Shown: positions 27,109-37,023 of the stretch, piece after piece
Numbering within the stretch: the stretch's first letter is position 1
How the letters are laid out: every line of letters begins with the position of its first letter
Origin: Nitrospirota bacterium
GTDB lineage: Bacteria; Nitrospirota; Thermodesulfovibrionia; UBA6902
Assembly (NCBI GenBank): GCA_016222905.1
Contig: JACRPZ010000005.1
Span: forward strand, 142 to 64,141
Length of the DNA: 64,000 nt
Direction of reading: 5' to 3'
Notes under the pieces: generated by a model
Database searches by the model: none
What the model was told of the DNA's origin: nothing
Seen by the model: the letters and a program-made list of their open reading frames with translations, nothing else
Made by a program: the position numbers and the translations under genes

Positions 27109-28999
27109 TTTATTCACTGCGTTAGTAGCTCTGATCGGAAACGTCAGCCTCATGTCCACAGGCGAGATGGACCCCGTATTTTCCATTATCGGCACAGGGT
27201 TATTCTGGGGATACTACAGGACGTTAAGAAGATACCCCTCTTTGCCAAAATGGGCAATTGGGACCCTGACTTCAACAACATTTATCATCTTCCTGATTAA
27301 CCTTTATATAAACAGGGATCTCTTTATCTCAGTTGCGCAGATGACCCTTATCTTCCAGACAATAAAATCATTTGATATCAAGGATCCATGGGATCCGCTT
27401 CAGGTTTTTTTTATGTCCCTGCTTCAATTATTGATGGCATCAGAACTGACAAATACCATATATTTCGGGATAGTATTTGTAGTTTTTGTCATTTTTTTTG
27501 TTATCTCTATTGTATTCGGACACTTTGTGAAAGAAGGGCAAGGGGCATTCAGGCTTTATCAAAAACCTATCGTATTCATTACCATAGTAACTATAATCTT
27601 AACAATTGCTTTTTTCGTATCGCTCCCAAGATTTCGCAGCAGCTTATGGGGCCAGAGTTTCTCCAAGGGAATCAAGACTTCAGGGTTTTCAGATAAGGTT
27701 GATTTTGGTTCGTTTGAAGAGTTAAAGCTTGATGAGACGGTTGTAATGAGGATACTCATAACTCCTCAAGTAAGAGGCCCCCATTATCTGAGAGGTATGA
27801 CTTTTGATTATTTTGACACAGTCGCATGGTACGACACACTTAAGCAATCGAGAAAGATATTCAGGACCGCTGATGATTTCAATGTAGATGTGCCTCCGGG
27901 AGCAAAGAAATATGAGGCGGAAATTTATCTTGAACCAATTGATACAGATGTTATTTTCACATTTAAAAGACCCTATAAAATAGAAGCCCAGGGTTTTTTT
28001 ATGCGAAGTGATAATGCCGGGTCTTTTTACATGAAGCAAAAGGCGTCAAAGAGATTTTTTTATAAGCTCTACAGTATTGACAGTTATTATGATGACAACG
28101 TAGCTATGGATTCTTATCTGCAATTTCCTGATGATACTCCGTCTGTCAAGAAAATGGCTGAGGATATCAGCGCTAAGAGCGACGGCAATCTTAAAAAGGC
28201 AGAAAAGATAAAAGAGTATCTTGTCAGCAATTACAGATATTCACTGTCTGCCGGCAACCCCCCGGAAGGCTCTAATGCGATTGAATACTTTCTTTTAAAA
28301 TCTAAAAAAGGATACTGCGAACACTTTGCGACCGCCATGGTCCTAATGCTGCGCTCCATAAATATTCCGGCAAGGCTTGTTACAGGGTTTCTGAGCAGCC
28401 AAAGAAATGACATCGGCAACTACTATATAGTAAGACAATCCGATTCCCATTCATGGGTTGAGACATTTATAGATGGGAGATGGATAACATTTGACCCCAC
28501 GCCACAGGCGGATATTTCCAGAAAATCCACCCTGCTGCTTTTTCTTGATATGATGAGATTGAACTGGAATAGATATGTTGTTGGTTTCTCCTCTTATGAC
28601 CAGAAAAAGGCGGCCAATTATCTGCTTGGTTTCAGTAAGATAAAGATAAAATTACCGGAGATTCCCTATGCCAGGATTTTTCTTGTTGTGATTGTTATAT
28701 TTATCCTTTTTATTGCCTATAAAACCAGAAAAAAAGGATATGTTCATTTAAAATATGCAGCCGTTTCAGCAGAGTATATAGGGCTGAGAAAAATGATCTC
28801 ACGATATGGCGGAAAGATAACCCCTTCCTCAACCACTGATGATGTTTTTAAAGAGGCAGTTAAAGTAGAAAGGTTTGATACGGAAGAGATAAAAAGGTTT
28901 ATTGATTATTACAGGTTATTAAGATTTTCCGGAAGGAGCGATAAGGATCTTTTGAGGGATTTTCTTCAAAGCGCAAAGGCATTGAAAAAGGCAGAATAA
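27092..28999 (+). CDS. Transglutaminase-like domain membrane protein
   Basis: GYCEHFATAMVLMLRSINIPARLVTGF transglutaminase core with Cys, polytopic N-terminal region. Confidence 0.8.
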   Translation: MPGTYNLFTALVALIGNVSLMSTGEMDPVFSIIGTGLFWGYYRTLRRYPSLPKWAIGTLTSTTFIIFLINLYINRDLFISVAQMTLIFQTIKSFDIKDPWDPLQVFFMSLLQLLMASELTNTIYFGIVFVVFVIFFVISIVFGHFVKEGQGAFRLYQKPIVFITIVTIILTIAFFVSLPRFRSSLWGQSFSKGIKTSGFSDKVDFGSFEELKLDETVVMRILITPQVRGPHYLRGMTFDYFDTVAWYDTLKQSRKIFRTADDFNVDVPPGAKKYEAEIYLEPIDTDVIFTFKRPYKIEAQGFFMRSDNAGSFYMKQKASKRFFYKLYSIDSYYDDNVAMDSYLQFPDDTPSVKKMAEDISAKSDGNLKKAEKIKEYLVSNYRYSLSAGNPPEGSNAIEYFLLKSKKGYCEHFATAMVLMLRSINIPARLVTGFLSSQRNDIGNYYIVRQSDSHSWVETFIDGRWITFDPTPQADISRKSTLLLFLDMMRLNWNRYVVGFSSYDQKKAANYLLGFSKIKIKLPEIPYARIFLVVIVIFILFIAYKTRKKGYVHLKYAAVSAEYIGLRKMISRYGGKITPSSTTDDVFKEAVKVERFDTEEIKRFIDYYRLLRFSGRSDKDLLRDFLQSAKALKKAE

Positions 29000-29184
29000 G
29001 ATATGAATATCAAAGGGACATGCGTGAGAACAAATAGTTTATTGATAAGATGATTTCAGGTCTTGCAAGAATTTTTCCAGATAAAAATATTGAGGTATGT
29101 TAAAATTGTTACCCTGATATTTGATTTTTAATTTTACGGTGGTTTAGAATCTCAGGTGTCAGAATTTATATTTCTTGGCATTGC

Positions 29185-29261
<77 letters not shown>

Positions 29262-29336
29262 TGATAATTGCAGATTTTACAGATTTAATTTATTATATAT
29301 CTGCGCAATTATAAATCCGGGAACTGAATTGAAATA

Positions 29337-29412
29337 GGGGGTGTAGCTCAGCTGGGAGAGCGCCTGGTTTGCAACCAGGAGGTCATCGGTTCGATCCCGT
29401 TCACCTCCACCA
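29337..29412 (+). tRNA. tRNA-Ala (anticodon TGC)
   Basis: GGGGGTGTAGCTCAGCTGGGAGAGC...GGTTTGCAACC...GGTTCGATCCC...CCA. Confidence 0.9.
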
Positions 29413-29471
29413 TAATTTAAATTTGCAATTTTGTTGCATTTAATGTTAAGGTATTTCACTTCGAAAAGATT

Positions 29472-29587
<116 letters not shown>

Positions 29588-29600
29588 TTAATTATTAATA

Positions 29601-29637
29601 AAAGACCCGTTGTTAAAGACGGGTCTTTTATTTTTTT
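29601..29637 (+). terminator. Rho-independent terminator after the 5S rRNA
   Basis: AAAGACCCGT-TGTTA-AAGACGGGTCTTT followed by TATTTTTTT. Confidence 0.75.
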
Positions 29638-29748
29638 GAATGTGGGTTATCTTCATATGGCTATAAGATTTTTAAATTTCTAAATTTGCATCTTGACTTG
29701 ATGGAACAGGCTGGATTACCATAAGCAAATTTTTGCGGGGGGTTATTT

Positions 29749-30435
29749 ATGAAGGAAGTTCCAATAATATTCGGGATAAGCAATTTAATCGCTTTGGGTA
29801 TTCCTCCTTATGTTGCCTTCTCATGGGTTGCAACGGCCATTATTCTTGCAACGGCATTTATTGTAAGGTCATCCATGAAGATCGTGCCTACAGGCACACA
29901 GAATGTTGTAGAAGTAATCTGCGAATTCCTGCTTAACATTGCGGAAACATCCATCGGGCACATGGGCCGGTATTTCTTTCCGCTTATCGCCACGCTCTTT
30001 ACATATATTCTCGTTTGTAATTTTATCGGCCTGATACCGGGATTTGAAGCACCGACAGCGAATCTGAATACAACGGCAGCTCTCGCTCTTCCGGTATTTC
30101 TTGCAACTCATTTTTACGGGATAAAGGTGCATAAGTTTAGCTATCTGAAACATTTTGTCGGACCGATAAGGTCAATAGTCGCGCTGCCTTTAATGATCCT
30201 TATGTTCTGCATAGAGATTATCGGACATATTGCAAGGCCGCTTACTTTATCTGTCAGGTTGTTCGGCAATATGATGGCGAAACATATGCTGATTTTGATA
30301 CTTGCGTCATTGGCGCCGTGGATAGTGCCGATACCGATCCTGACACTCGGCGTGCTTGTAAGCGTAGTTCAGGCGCTTGTTTTCACTCTCCTGACCTCAC
30401 TGTATCTTGCCGGAGCGGTTGAAGAGGCGCACTAA
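29749..30435 (+). CDS. atpB: F0F1 ATP synthase subunit a
   Basis: Conserved LSVRLFGNMMAKH segment carrying the essential Arg, ~5 TM helices. Confidence 0.85.
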   Translation: MKEVPIIFGISNLIALGIPPYVAFSWVATAIILATAFIVRSSMKIVPTGTQNVVEVICEFLLNIAETSIGHMGRYFFPLIATLFTYILVCNFIGLIPGFEAPTANLNTTAALALPVFLATHFYGIKVHKFSYLKHFVGPIRSIVALPLMILMFCIEIIGHIARPLTLSVRLFGNMMAKHMLILILASLAPWIVPIPILTLGVLVSVVQALVFTLLTSLYLAGAVEEAH

Positions 30436-30466
30436 ATAAATAACAGTATTCAAGAAAGGAGGAAAG

Positions 30467-30805
30467 ATGAAAAAAACACTATCAGTAATTCTGCTCTCAT
30501 TCTCATTCGTTTGTATGCTGGCTCCTTTTGCCCTTGCTGCTGAGGAGGGAGCTGCCATAACAGATGCCCAGTACGGCTACTACAGCATGGCGGTTATCGG
30601 CGCCGGAATAGCTGTCGGCATTGCTGCAGTCGGCGCAGGTCTCGGTCAGGGAATTGCCACGGGCAAGGCTGTTGAAGGCATTGCAAGGAACCCGGGAGCT
30701 TCAGGACAGATAATGACACCTCTTATCGTCGGTCTTGCAATGATGGAATCGCTTACAATCTATGGTTTTGTTATTGCTGCGCTTATCCTGTTCGTAAAAT
30801 GGTAA
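30467..30805 (+). CDS. atpE: F0F1 ATP synthase subunit c (with N-terminal signal-like extension)
   Basis: [21 protein letters not shown]...[17 protein letters not shown] hairpin, with the conserved carboxylate Glu in helix 2. Confidence 0.8.
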   Translation: MKKTLSVILLSFSFVCMLAPFALAAEEGAAITDAQYGYYSMAVIGAGIAVGIAAVGAGLGQGIATGKAVEGIARNPGASGQIMTPLIVGLAMMESLTIYGFVIAALILFVKW

Positions 30806-30882
30806 GATTTCCTCATACTGCGGAAGGTGTCTGCTGATCTTGGTTCTTATCAGCAAACTTTGAACATTAATATCATTTATAA

Positions 30883-30910
30883 AAGGCAGGGGTTCTCTCC
30901 TGCCTTTTAT
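30883..30910 (+). terminator. Intrinsic terminator after atpE
   Basis: GGCAGG-ggttctct-CCTGCC followed by TTTTAT. Confidence 0.5.
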
Positions 30911-30959
30911 AATCTGCCATTGAATTCTGCCTTGATTACGCAATTCTTGACGTTGTAAT

Positions 30960-31913
30960 GTGTTAAGCTGGTTCTGGAAAAATCATCCTATTAAGAGGGA
31001 GAAGAACTTGGGATTTTTTGAAAAACTTAAGCACGGACTGTCCAAAACAAGAAAGGCTATTATAGAAAAAGCCGAGGCTCTTTTCCGGGGAAGAGCCGTT
31101 AATGAAGCCCTGCTTGAAGAGCTTGAAGAACTTCTGATAATGGCTGATGTAGGCCCTCAGGCGGCATCTTCCATTACCGGAGCATTGAGAGAAAGGGTGA
31201 AGAAGGGCAAAATTTCAGATGCCGGTCAGCTTGAAGCCGCGATGAAGGAAGAGATCAGAGGAATGCTTAAAGAAGGCCACAGGATAATCTGCTCAGGCGA
31301 AAAACCATATGTGATTCTTACAGTCGGGGTAAACGGGGTCGGAAAAACTACAACCATAGGCAAGCTTGCAAGGCGCTTTACTGATCACGGCTTTACCGTA
31401 ACGCTTGCCGCAGGCGATACATTCAGGGCTGCTGCCATTGAACAGCTTGAGATATGGGCGGAGAGGGCTGGAGCCCAGATTGTTAAACATAGAAGCGGGG
31501 CAGACCCTGCCGCTGTTGCCTTTGATGCTATAGTATCTGCAAAAGCCAAAGGCATTGACGCTGTAATAATAGATACGGCGGGAAGGCTTCACACCAAAAG
31601 CAACCTTATGGAGGAGCTCAAAAAGATAAAACGTGTGATAAGCAAGGAGATGCCTTCCGCGCCTCATGAGATACTGCTTGTAGTAGATGCCACTTCAGGA
31701 CAGAATGCCATTAATCAGGCTAAAGTATTTAATGAAGCGGTTGGTATAACCGGCATAGCTTTGACAAAACTTGATGGTTCCGCAAAAGGCGGGATCGTCC
31801 TTGCAATAAATAAAGAACTCGGTATCCCTGTTAAACTTATAGGCGTAGGCGAAGGAGTTGATGATTTGCAGGACTTTAATGCCGGGGAATTTGCAGATGC
31901 GCTTTTCGGATAA
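30960..31913 (+). CDS. ftsY: Signal recognition particle receptor FtsY (NG domain only; true start possibly TTG at 31008)
   Basis: GFFEKLKHGLSKT N-terminus, G1 GVNGVGKTTT, DTAGRLH, TKLDGSAKGG. Confidence 0.85.
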   Translation: MLSWFWKNHPIKREKNLGFFEKLKHGLSKTRKAIIEKAEALFRGRAVNEALLEELEELLIMADVGPQAASSITGALRERVKKGKISDAGQLEAAMKEEIRGMLKEGHRIICSGEKPYVILTVGVNGVGKTTTIGKLARRFTDHGFTVTLAAGDTFRAAAIEQLEIWAERAGAQIVKHRSGADPAAVAFDAIVSAKAKGIDAVIIDTAGRLHTKSNLMEELKKIKRVISKEMPSAPHEILLVVDATSGQNAINQAKVFNEAVGITGIALTKLDGSAKGGIVLAINKELGIPVKLIGVGEGVDDLQDFNAGEFADALFG

Positions 31914-31931
31914 GATAAGACAGCAGGCGAT

Positions 31932-32375
31932 ATGACCCCCAAATATCACGTAGCTGCTTCTATAACAATATCCGGTATTCTCTTTCTAATCTTCAGATCG
32001 TGGGGACTGGCAATTGCTTCATTTGTTTCAGGAGTATTTATTGACCTTGACCATGTGTTAGATTATATTTTTGAACATGGCCTCCATCTTGATATAAAAA
32101 AGTTCTTCCATTTCTTTTACGGAGAGAAGTACAAGAAACTTACCTTAATACTGCACGGATGGGAATGGCTTGTTCTTCTGGTCATTGTCTCATGGCTGAC
32201 GGACTGGAACCCTTGGGTTACAGGCTTGACGATTGGATGGGGGCAGCATATGCTTTTTGATAGACTGTATAATATTTCAACCTTTGGAACTTATTCCTTC
32301 TTCTGGCGGCTTAAGAAAGGTTTTGACACTAATAAGTTCCTCCTTAAGAACAGGAATAAATATAATCGTAACTGA
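31932..32375 (+). CDS. Hypothetical membrane protein (DUF457-like metal-dependent membrane hydrolase fold?)
   Basis: Three to four TM helices, His-rich segments (DLDHVLDY, HGWEW). Confidence 0.5.
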   Translation: MTPKYHVAASITISGILFLIFRSWGLAIASFVSGVFIDLDHVLDYIFEHGLHLDIKKFFHFFYGEKYKKLTLILHGWEWLVLLVIVSWLTDWNPWVTGLTIGWGQHMLFDRLYNISTFGTYSFFWRLKKGFDTNKFLLKNRNKYNRN

Positions 32376-32488
32376 CAATGGCATTTACTGCTATGAATCA
32401 TATGGCCCATATGAGCGGCGGAATTGTCATTTCGGCTTGTCTGGTCGGAGCGACTCTTCGCAGAGACTCGCTTCGAGAATCTTTCTTT

Positions 32489-32522
32489 AACAACCCCCTG
32501 TCCCCCTTTATTAAGGGGGAAT
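32489..32522 (+). repeat. Repeat family 1 copy C
   Basis: aacaaccccctgtccccctttattaagggggaat, immediately upstream of the second metallophosphoesterase gene. Confidence 0.7.
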
Positions 32523-32536
32523 ATAGAAATAAATAG

Positions 32537-33718
32537 ATGATCATATTTTTATTTTTTCACGGCGCTTACTGGTTAGCGCATTTATACCTCTTCTTTAAAT
32601 TTAGAAATGCCTTCCCTCTTGACATTGCTGGAAGCGCAGTCCTGAGTTTATTTCTTGTCTTTATGGCGCTTTCTCCCATGTCTGCTTACATACTCATATT
32701 AAGAGCAGAACATACCGGCATCAAGAATAGAACTTATGCAAACGCTGTAATGTTTTCGGGATTTATATGGATGGGGTTGCTCATAATCTTCTTCTTTGTA
32801 TCAATCCCGATTGATCTTTACAATCTTGGCGTACGGCTTGCCGGCTTTGCTCTTCATAATGACATCAGCAAGATTATGATCTCTCAATTATCCGCATTCT
32901 TTATCCCTCTTTCCACTTCAATATGCCTTAATATCTACGGCTATTTTGCTGCAGGCGACTTGCGTGTTGAGCGGCTAACCATAAAGACATCAAAGCTTCC
33001 TGAAGACGTTGACAGGCTCACAATTGCTCAGATATCCGATGTGCACCTCGGCATTATGGTAAGGGAGAAGATGCTTGATAAAATTATTGATAATATTCTC
33101 ACAGAAGAGCCTGATCTGATAGTCTCAACAGGGGACCTAATTGATGGAGGGACAAAACATATCCGGCATTTTGCGGAAAAACTTAAAGGGGTCAACGCAA
33201 GACTGGGCAAATTCGCAGTAATAGGGAATCATGAATTCTATTCAGGCATCAAGAACTCAATACAGTTTCTTGAGGATGCCGGGTTCACAGTATTCAGAGG
33301 CCGAGGCGTTACCGCAGGTGGCCTGATAAATATTGCGGGTATAGATGATGCCGAGGGAAGAAGAAAAAATATCGCTGCTGAATCAGAAAAAGAGATCCTC
33401 TCAAGGATGCCTTCTGGATTATTTACATTGCTCTTAAAACATAAGCCGGATGTAGAGAAAGATGCGCTCGGACTCTTCGATCTTCAGCTATCCGGACATA
33501 CTCACAAAGGACAGATATTCCCCATAAATCTTGCTGTAAGGCTCTTTTTCTATCCCCACAGCAGTTACAAAAAACTTTCAAAAGGTTCGGCAATAAATGT
33601 AAGTGGAGGGGCAGGCACCGCCGGGCCTCCGATACGTCTATTCTCTCCGCCTGAAATAACAATTATTGAACTGGTAAATGATAAAATAAATATCAAAGAA
33701 CATAAGGCGTTTGTTTAA
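32537..33718 (+). CDS. Membrane-anchored calcineurin-like metallophosphoesterase (paralog 2)
   Basis: Same architecture as 8994-10127: N-terminal TM helices plus DVHLG, GDLID, GNHEFY, GHTHKGQ. Confidence 0.8.
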   Translation: MIIFLFFHGAYWLAHLYLFFKFRNAFPLDIAGSAVLSLFLVFMALSPMSAYILILRAEHTGIKNRTYANAVMFSGFIWMGLLIIFFFVSIPIDLYNLGVRLAGFALHNDISKIMISQLSAFFIPLSTSICLNIYGYFAAGDLRVERLTIKTSKLPEDVDRLTIAQISDVHLGIMVREKMLDKIIDNILTEEPDLIVSTGDLIDGGTKHIRHFAEKLKGVNARLGKFAVIGNHEFYSGIKNSIQFLEDAGFTVFRGRGVTAGGLINIAGIDDAEGRRKNIAAESEKEILSRMPSGLFTLLLKHKPDVEKDALGLFDLQLSGHTHKGQIFPINLAVRLFFYPHSSYKKLSKGSAINVSGGAGTAGPPIRLFSPPEITIIELVNDKINIKEHKAFV

Positions 33719-33779
33719 AAAAACTGTTATCATTACAAACGGGAAGACTTTCTCTTGAAATTCCTGATAAGGCGATGCA

Positions 33780-34706
33780 ATGAAAAAAATGGTAATCATT
33801 TTATCGGCAGTGGCCGCAGCCGTAATCATCTTTATAATCTTCTCCGCTTATTTTAAAGATAAAGGTTCAGAATCAATCCGCAAATCAGGCATTGTGCAGG
33901 GGACGGAAGTAAACATCACGTCAAACATCCCAGGCAAGATCGCGGAATTGTGCTGTAGTGAAGGAGAGAATATAACGGCAGGTTCCGTTGCCGCATCTAT
34001 TGATAGTGACGATTTGAAAGCAGCAACTGAGCAGGCTGATGCATCTGTTCAAAGAGCAATAGCCGACATAAAAACCTCTGAAGCTAACATAGAGACAGCC
34101 AAGGCGCGCCTTGTTGAGGCAAAGCTTGATAAAGAACGGATGACAAGTCTTTTTCAGGAGAGTCTTGTCCCCCGCGCGAAATTTGATTCGTCTGAAGCAA
34201 ACTTAAATTCTGCCGCTGCAATTCACAAGGCATCTGTAAGCCAGCTTGCCTCCTCAAAGGCGAGACTGAAAGAGGCAGAGGCGATGTTTTCACAGCAAAA
34301 GGCGAGATTAAACGACACGATAATAACAACTCCCATCTCAGGAGTAGTTGTCTTCAAGGCACTGGAGAAGGGGGAATTTGTATCCCCGGGAATCACTATC
34401 TACACGATTGTTGATATGGAAGATCTATGGGTCAGGATAGATGTTGAAGAATCTCTGATCGGGATGATAAATATAGGCGATAACGCCGTCATAACTACCG
34501 ATGCAAAGCCTGACAAGAAGATAGAGGGCAGGGTCTCTGAAATAGGCAGGTATGCGGAATTTGCAACACAGAGAGACGTAAAACATGGCACGCAGGATAT
34601 TAAGACATTTCATTTAAAGATATATTTTACGGATACGGAAAGATTTTTAAAGCCCGGAATGACAGTAAATGTTGAGATACCGTCAGATAAACAAAAGATC
34701 AAGTAA
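33780..34706 (+). CDS. HlyD-family secretion/adaptor protein
   Basis: N-terminal TM anchor, coiled-coil, and a C-terminal beta-barrel region. Upstream of an ABC-2 exporter. Confidence 0.8.
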   Translation: MKKMVIILSAVAAAVIIFIIFSAYFKDKGSESIRKSGIVQGTEVNITSNIPGKIAELCCSEGENITAGSVAASIDSDDLKAATEQADASVQRAIADIKTSEANIETAKARLVEAKLDKERMTSLFQESLVPRAKFDSSEANLNSAAAIHKASVSQLASSKARLKEAEAMFSQQKARLNDTIITTPISGVVVFKALEKGEFVSPGITIYTIVDMEDLWVRIDVEESLIGMINIGDNAVITTDAKPDKKIEGRVSEIGRYAEFATQRDVKHGTQDIKTFHLKIYFTDTERFLKPGMTVNVEIPSDKQKIK

Positions 34707-34753
34707 GAGGTTTCAGTTCCTGGTTCTCCTTCACATTTCTCTTTTTTAAGACC

Positions 34754-35767
34754 ATGCAAAAACCAAATGCCATAGAGGTTTCAGGCCTGACAAAAAAATT
34801 CGGCGATCTTACTGCCGTTGATAATGTCAGTTTCAATGTTTCCTCCGATGAATTTTTCGGGTTTCTCGGCCCTAACGGCGCGGGAAAGACCACACTCATC
34901 AGAATGCTGACCACGCTCCTTAAACCTACAAGCGGCAGGGCTGTAGTGTCATGCTGCGACGTATCGGAAGAACCTAAAAAAGTCAGGGAGAGGATAGGCG
35001 TTGTACCGCAGGCAATGACCAGCGATTTAGACCTCACAGGCTTTGAAAATATGGACCTGTACGGCCGTTTTTACAGCATACCCAACAGGGAGAGGAAGGA
35101 GAAGATAAAGTACCTTCTTGACCTTGTCGGACTTACAGCCAGACAGAATGACCTTGTGGCGACCTTCTCCGGCGGAATGCGCAGGAGGCTTGAGATAGCG
35201 AGGGTGCTGGTACACTCCCCGTCCATACTATTCCTTGACGAGCCGACCATAGGGCTTGATCCCCAGAGCAGAAGGGTTGTCTGGGATTTTCTTGAGAAGT
35301 TCAGGAAGGAGGACTCCATGGCCATATTCTTAAGCACTCACTACATGGAGGAGGCAGAGGCGCTGTGCGACAGGGTCGCTATTATTGATAACGGGAAGAT
35401 AATAGCGCTTGATTCACCCAATGTACTGAAGTCACAGCTTCCGGGCAATGACATAATATCTCTTACAATATCCGATGATTCCAGACTTGAGGAGATTCAG
35501 AATGCTATTAACAGCATCTCATTTGTACATAAAGTGAAGCCGGATGGCCAGACATTACGGGTATACGTGGATAACGGCGCACTCAATCTTACAGCCCTTC
35601 TTGAAAGGGTCAAGGAGGCAGGTGGTGTTGTAACCTCTGTCAGTATACATGAACTGTCGCTGGAGGATGTCTTTATCCATTATACCGGCAAATCAATACG
35701 TGAGGAGGAGGCGAAGAAGGTGAACTTTTTTATCGGCGCCGGCATTCCCCAAAAACTTGGAAGATGA
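34754..35767 (+). CDS. ABC transporter ATP-binding protein
   Basis: Walker A GPNGAGKTT, signature LSGGMRRRL, Walker B LFLDEPT. Confidence 0.9.
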   Translation: MQKPNAIEVSGLTKKFGDLTAVDNVSFNVSSDEFFGFLGPNGAGKTTLIRMLTTLLKPTSGRAVVSCCDVSEEPKKVRERIGVVPQAMTSDLDLTGFENMDLYGRFYSIPNRERKEKIKYLLDLVGLTARQNDLVATFSGGMRRRLEIARVLVHSPSILFLDEPTIGLDPQSRRVVWDFLEKFRKEDSMAIFLSTHYMEEAEALCDRVAIIDNGKIIALDSPNVLKSQLPGNDIISLTISDDSRLEEIQNAINSISFVHKVKPDGQTLRVYVDNGALNLTALLERVKEAGGVVTSVSIHELSLEDVFIHYTGKSIREEEAKKVNFFIGAGIPQKLGR

Positions 35768-36879
35768 TAAAGCTCTTTGCAGTAATAGAGAGGGATATTA
35801 AGAAGTTCAGGCGCAATCCGGTTGTCGTGATGATGAGCCTGCTGATGCCCATAGTTTATCTCATCATTCTCGGCAACTCATTTCAGGGAAAGCTCAAGGA
35901 CCTTCCATTTGCCGTTGTAGATAACGATTCCGGCGTCTACTCAGGAAGGTTGATTGACAATCTCAGGGCAGTAGAGGCCGGGGCAAAGACTTTTTCGCTC
36001 ATCTTCTTGACCGACCAGAAGGCCGCTGTTGACGGCGTGAGAGACGGCATATACAAGGCCGCGCTTATAATCCCGCCTGACTATACTAAAAGGGTCAAAT
36101 TAAAGAAACAAGCTGAGGCAGGACTCTTTCTTGACAATACCGATACAGTATCCGCCGCGAATATAAGGGCGCTTGTCAAAAGCGCGACAGGCAGTATAAG
36201 GGAGGAGTATGTCCCTATAAGGGAAAAACCCGGTGATTCCTATATCAGAGAGATAGACCTTTACAGTATGGTTGATTATTACCAGACGCTTGTTCCAGGG
36301 GTGGTGATAATGTCTATATTCTTAGGCACGATGACTGCCGGTGTATTCAATCTCGTTATGGACAGGTTCCTCGGCATAGATGAGAGCTATCTGCTTTCAC
36401 CTTTATCAAAGACAGAGATAGTATCAGGCCTCGTCATCAGCGGGCTGATCATAACGACAATCATTGCGGTTTTTGTATTCATAGCGAGCATGTTAATCAC
36501 GGGCATACCTTTAACAAGCGGCATAGAGCAGGGTTTCTCCATATTCATTATTATTGTCCTTACAACATTAGCTCTCTTAAGCCTGATGTTCGTAATATTG
36601 GGAAGGGCAGGGCATCCGAGGATAGTCGGCATATTCAGCGGGTTTCTGAATGTCATATTCTTCTTCCCAAGCGGCGCGATATATCCGATTGAGAGTTTTC
36701 CGGGCTGGCTCAGGGCATTCGCAAAGATTAACCCGGAGGCTTATGCCGTGCATGCTTTAAAATCCGTGCTCTTCAAAGGAGCCGGGCTTGGGGTCATTCT
36801 CAGCGATCTGATATTTCTGATAATTTTCACTAATGTGATGATGGTGATAGCGATACTGACATTCAAGAGGAATATGTGA
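35764..36879 (+). CDS. ABC-2 family transporter permease
   Basis: Six TM helices with a large first extracytoplasmic loop, coupled to the ATPase by a start/stop overlap. Confidence 0.8.
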   Translation: MIKLFAVIERDIKKFRRNPVVVMMSLLMPIVYLIILGNSFQGKLKDLPFAVVDNDSGVYSGRLIDNLRAVEAGAKTFSLIFLTDQKAAVDGVRDGIYKAALIIPPDYTKRVKLKKQAEAGLFLDNTDTVSAANIRALVKSATGSIREEYVPIREKPGDSYIREIDLYSMVDYYQTLVPGVVIMSIFLGTMTAGVFNLVMDRFLGIDESYLLSPLSKTEIVSGLVISGLIITTIIAVFVFIASMLITGIPLTSGIEQGFSIFIIIVLTTLALLSLMFVILGRAGHPRIVGIFSGFLNVIFFFPSGAIYPIESFPGWLRAFAKINPEAYAVHALKSVLFKGAGLGVILSDLIFLIIFTNVMMVIAILTFKRNM

Positions 36880-37023
36880 GTTTGTAAATCTTTAATTTTT
36901 GCTCTGCAACGCCATATAATAAGCGAATAAAAATATGACAGGATTAAACGAAGCCGATACATGCCGACCTGCTTTGAAAACAGCAGGCTGGTGTGATCCG
37001 CATTGGCGGATTGCTGAAATCTC

